Shown: positions 44,469 to 45,009 of the stretch, piece by piece
How positions within the stretch are numbered: the first letter of the stretch is position 1
How the letters are laid out: every line of letters starts with the position of its first letter
From: an uncultured archaeon
Lineage (GTDB): Archaea > Thermoproteota > Nitrososphaeria > Nitrososphaerales > Nitrosopumilaceae
DNA: 45,009 nt
Direction: 5' to 3'
Assembly (NCBI GenBank): GCA_950073955.1
Contig: CATMRH010000001.1
Span: forward strand, 1-45,009
The notes under the pieces: model-generated
What the model saw: the letters and a program-made list of their open reading frames with translations, nothing else
Databases searched by the model: none
Told to the model about the DNA's origin: nothing
Program-made: the position numbers and the translations under genes

Positions 44469-45009
44469 CTTAGTTTTGCAGAATGATACGAACCTAAAAC
44501 TTTCATGAAGAGAGTCTCTCGTTTTATTTTATCTAGCATTTCTGAAATCTGAGAATTTTTTTCGTGCCCTTCAAAATCTACATAAAAATTGTATTCCCAC
44601 GTATTCGTTTTAGTTGGCCTAGATTCTATCTTTGTAAGATTGACACTTTCCTTGTGAAAATTCTCTATAATTCTGTGTAAAGAACCTGGTTCATGTTTAA
44701 TGGAAAAAATAATTGAAGTTTTATCATTTCCTGTTTCAGGACTGTTTGTTTTTGATAATATCAGAAATCTTGTATAATTATCCAAATTATTAGCAATATT
44801 CTCAGAAATTATTGGCATATTGTGTATGATTGATGCTGCTCTACTAGCTACACACGCACAATTTTTTTTATTTAATTCTTTGACAATTTTTACACTACCT
44901 GCTGTATCATATGCAGGAATTGTTTTCATGTTATGTTGCTCAATAAATTTTCTACATTGACCTAAAGCTTGTGGATGCGAATAAATGGTATCCACTTCTT
45001 CTAATTTGC
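44465..45009 (-). CDS. pheA: Prephenate dehydratase with ACT domain; 5' end outside window
   Basis: SHPQALGQC, DTAGS, NYTRF, KTSIIF, PGSL, NLTKIESRP, WEYNFYVD, LGSY. Confidence 0.95.
   Translation of the reverse strand, partial: KLEEVDTIYSHPQALGQCRKFIEQHNMKTIPAYDTAGSVKIVKELNKKNCACVASRAASIIHNMPIISENIANNLDNYTRFLILSKTNSPETGNDKTSIIFSIKHEPGSLHRIIENFHKESVNLTKIESRPTKTNTWEYNFYVDFEGHEKNSQISEMLDKIKRETLFMKVLGSYHSAKLS

Noticed and set aside
1-45009. Other antisense ORFs in the track (e.g. 1797-2075, 13160-13552, 28378-28761, 41170-41583) and mobile elements
   Set aside because: The ORFs lie opposite well-supported genes and lack motifs. No integrase, transposase, terminal repeats or duplicated tRNA end was seen.

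Overview
A 45 kb, AT-rich, gene-dense chromosomal segment that looks like core genome of an ammonia-oxidising archaeon (Nitrosopumilus-like thaumarchaeote). The assignment is inferred from archaeal information-processing genes (rps19e, rps27e, rpl44e, TFE, aTrm56, Nep1, Rpp21, NAC, thermosome) occurring with cobalamin, riboflavin and folate genes and many TTG/GTG starts. It carries a class II (B12) ribonucleotide reductase, tRNA-Gly(TCC), a riboflavin operon, a late cobalamin operon, guaA/guaB, asd, heme o synthase and pheA. I saw no CRISPR array, transposase, integrase or prophage. Most interesting: (1) a convergent cluster of uncharacterised genes at about 23.3-26.6 kb, bracketed by two paralogous Trp-rich amphipathic 19-aa-repeat proteins, one with a basic tail, plus an unlisted 51-aa zinc-finger ORF; (2) an NrdD-like protein that stops just before the glycyl-radical motif, directly upstream of nrdJ; (3) a cobyric acid synthase with its glutaminase domain cleanly missing; (4) a 72-aa basic-tailed, truncated SWIB-like protein; (5) an amidohydrolase inside the riboflavin operon that may supply a missing step; (6) two genes that appear to need non-canonical starts (ACG, CTG). 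All family assignments come from motif recognition by eye; no database searches were run.
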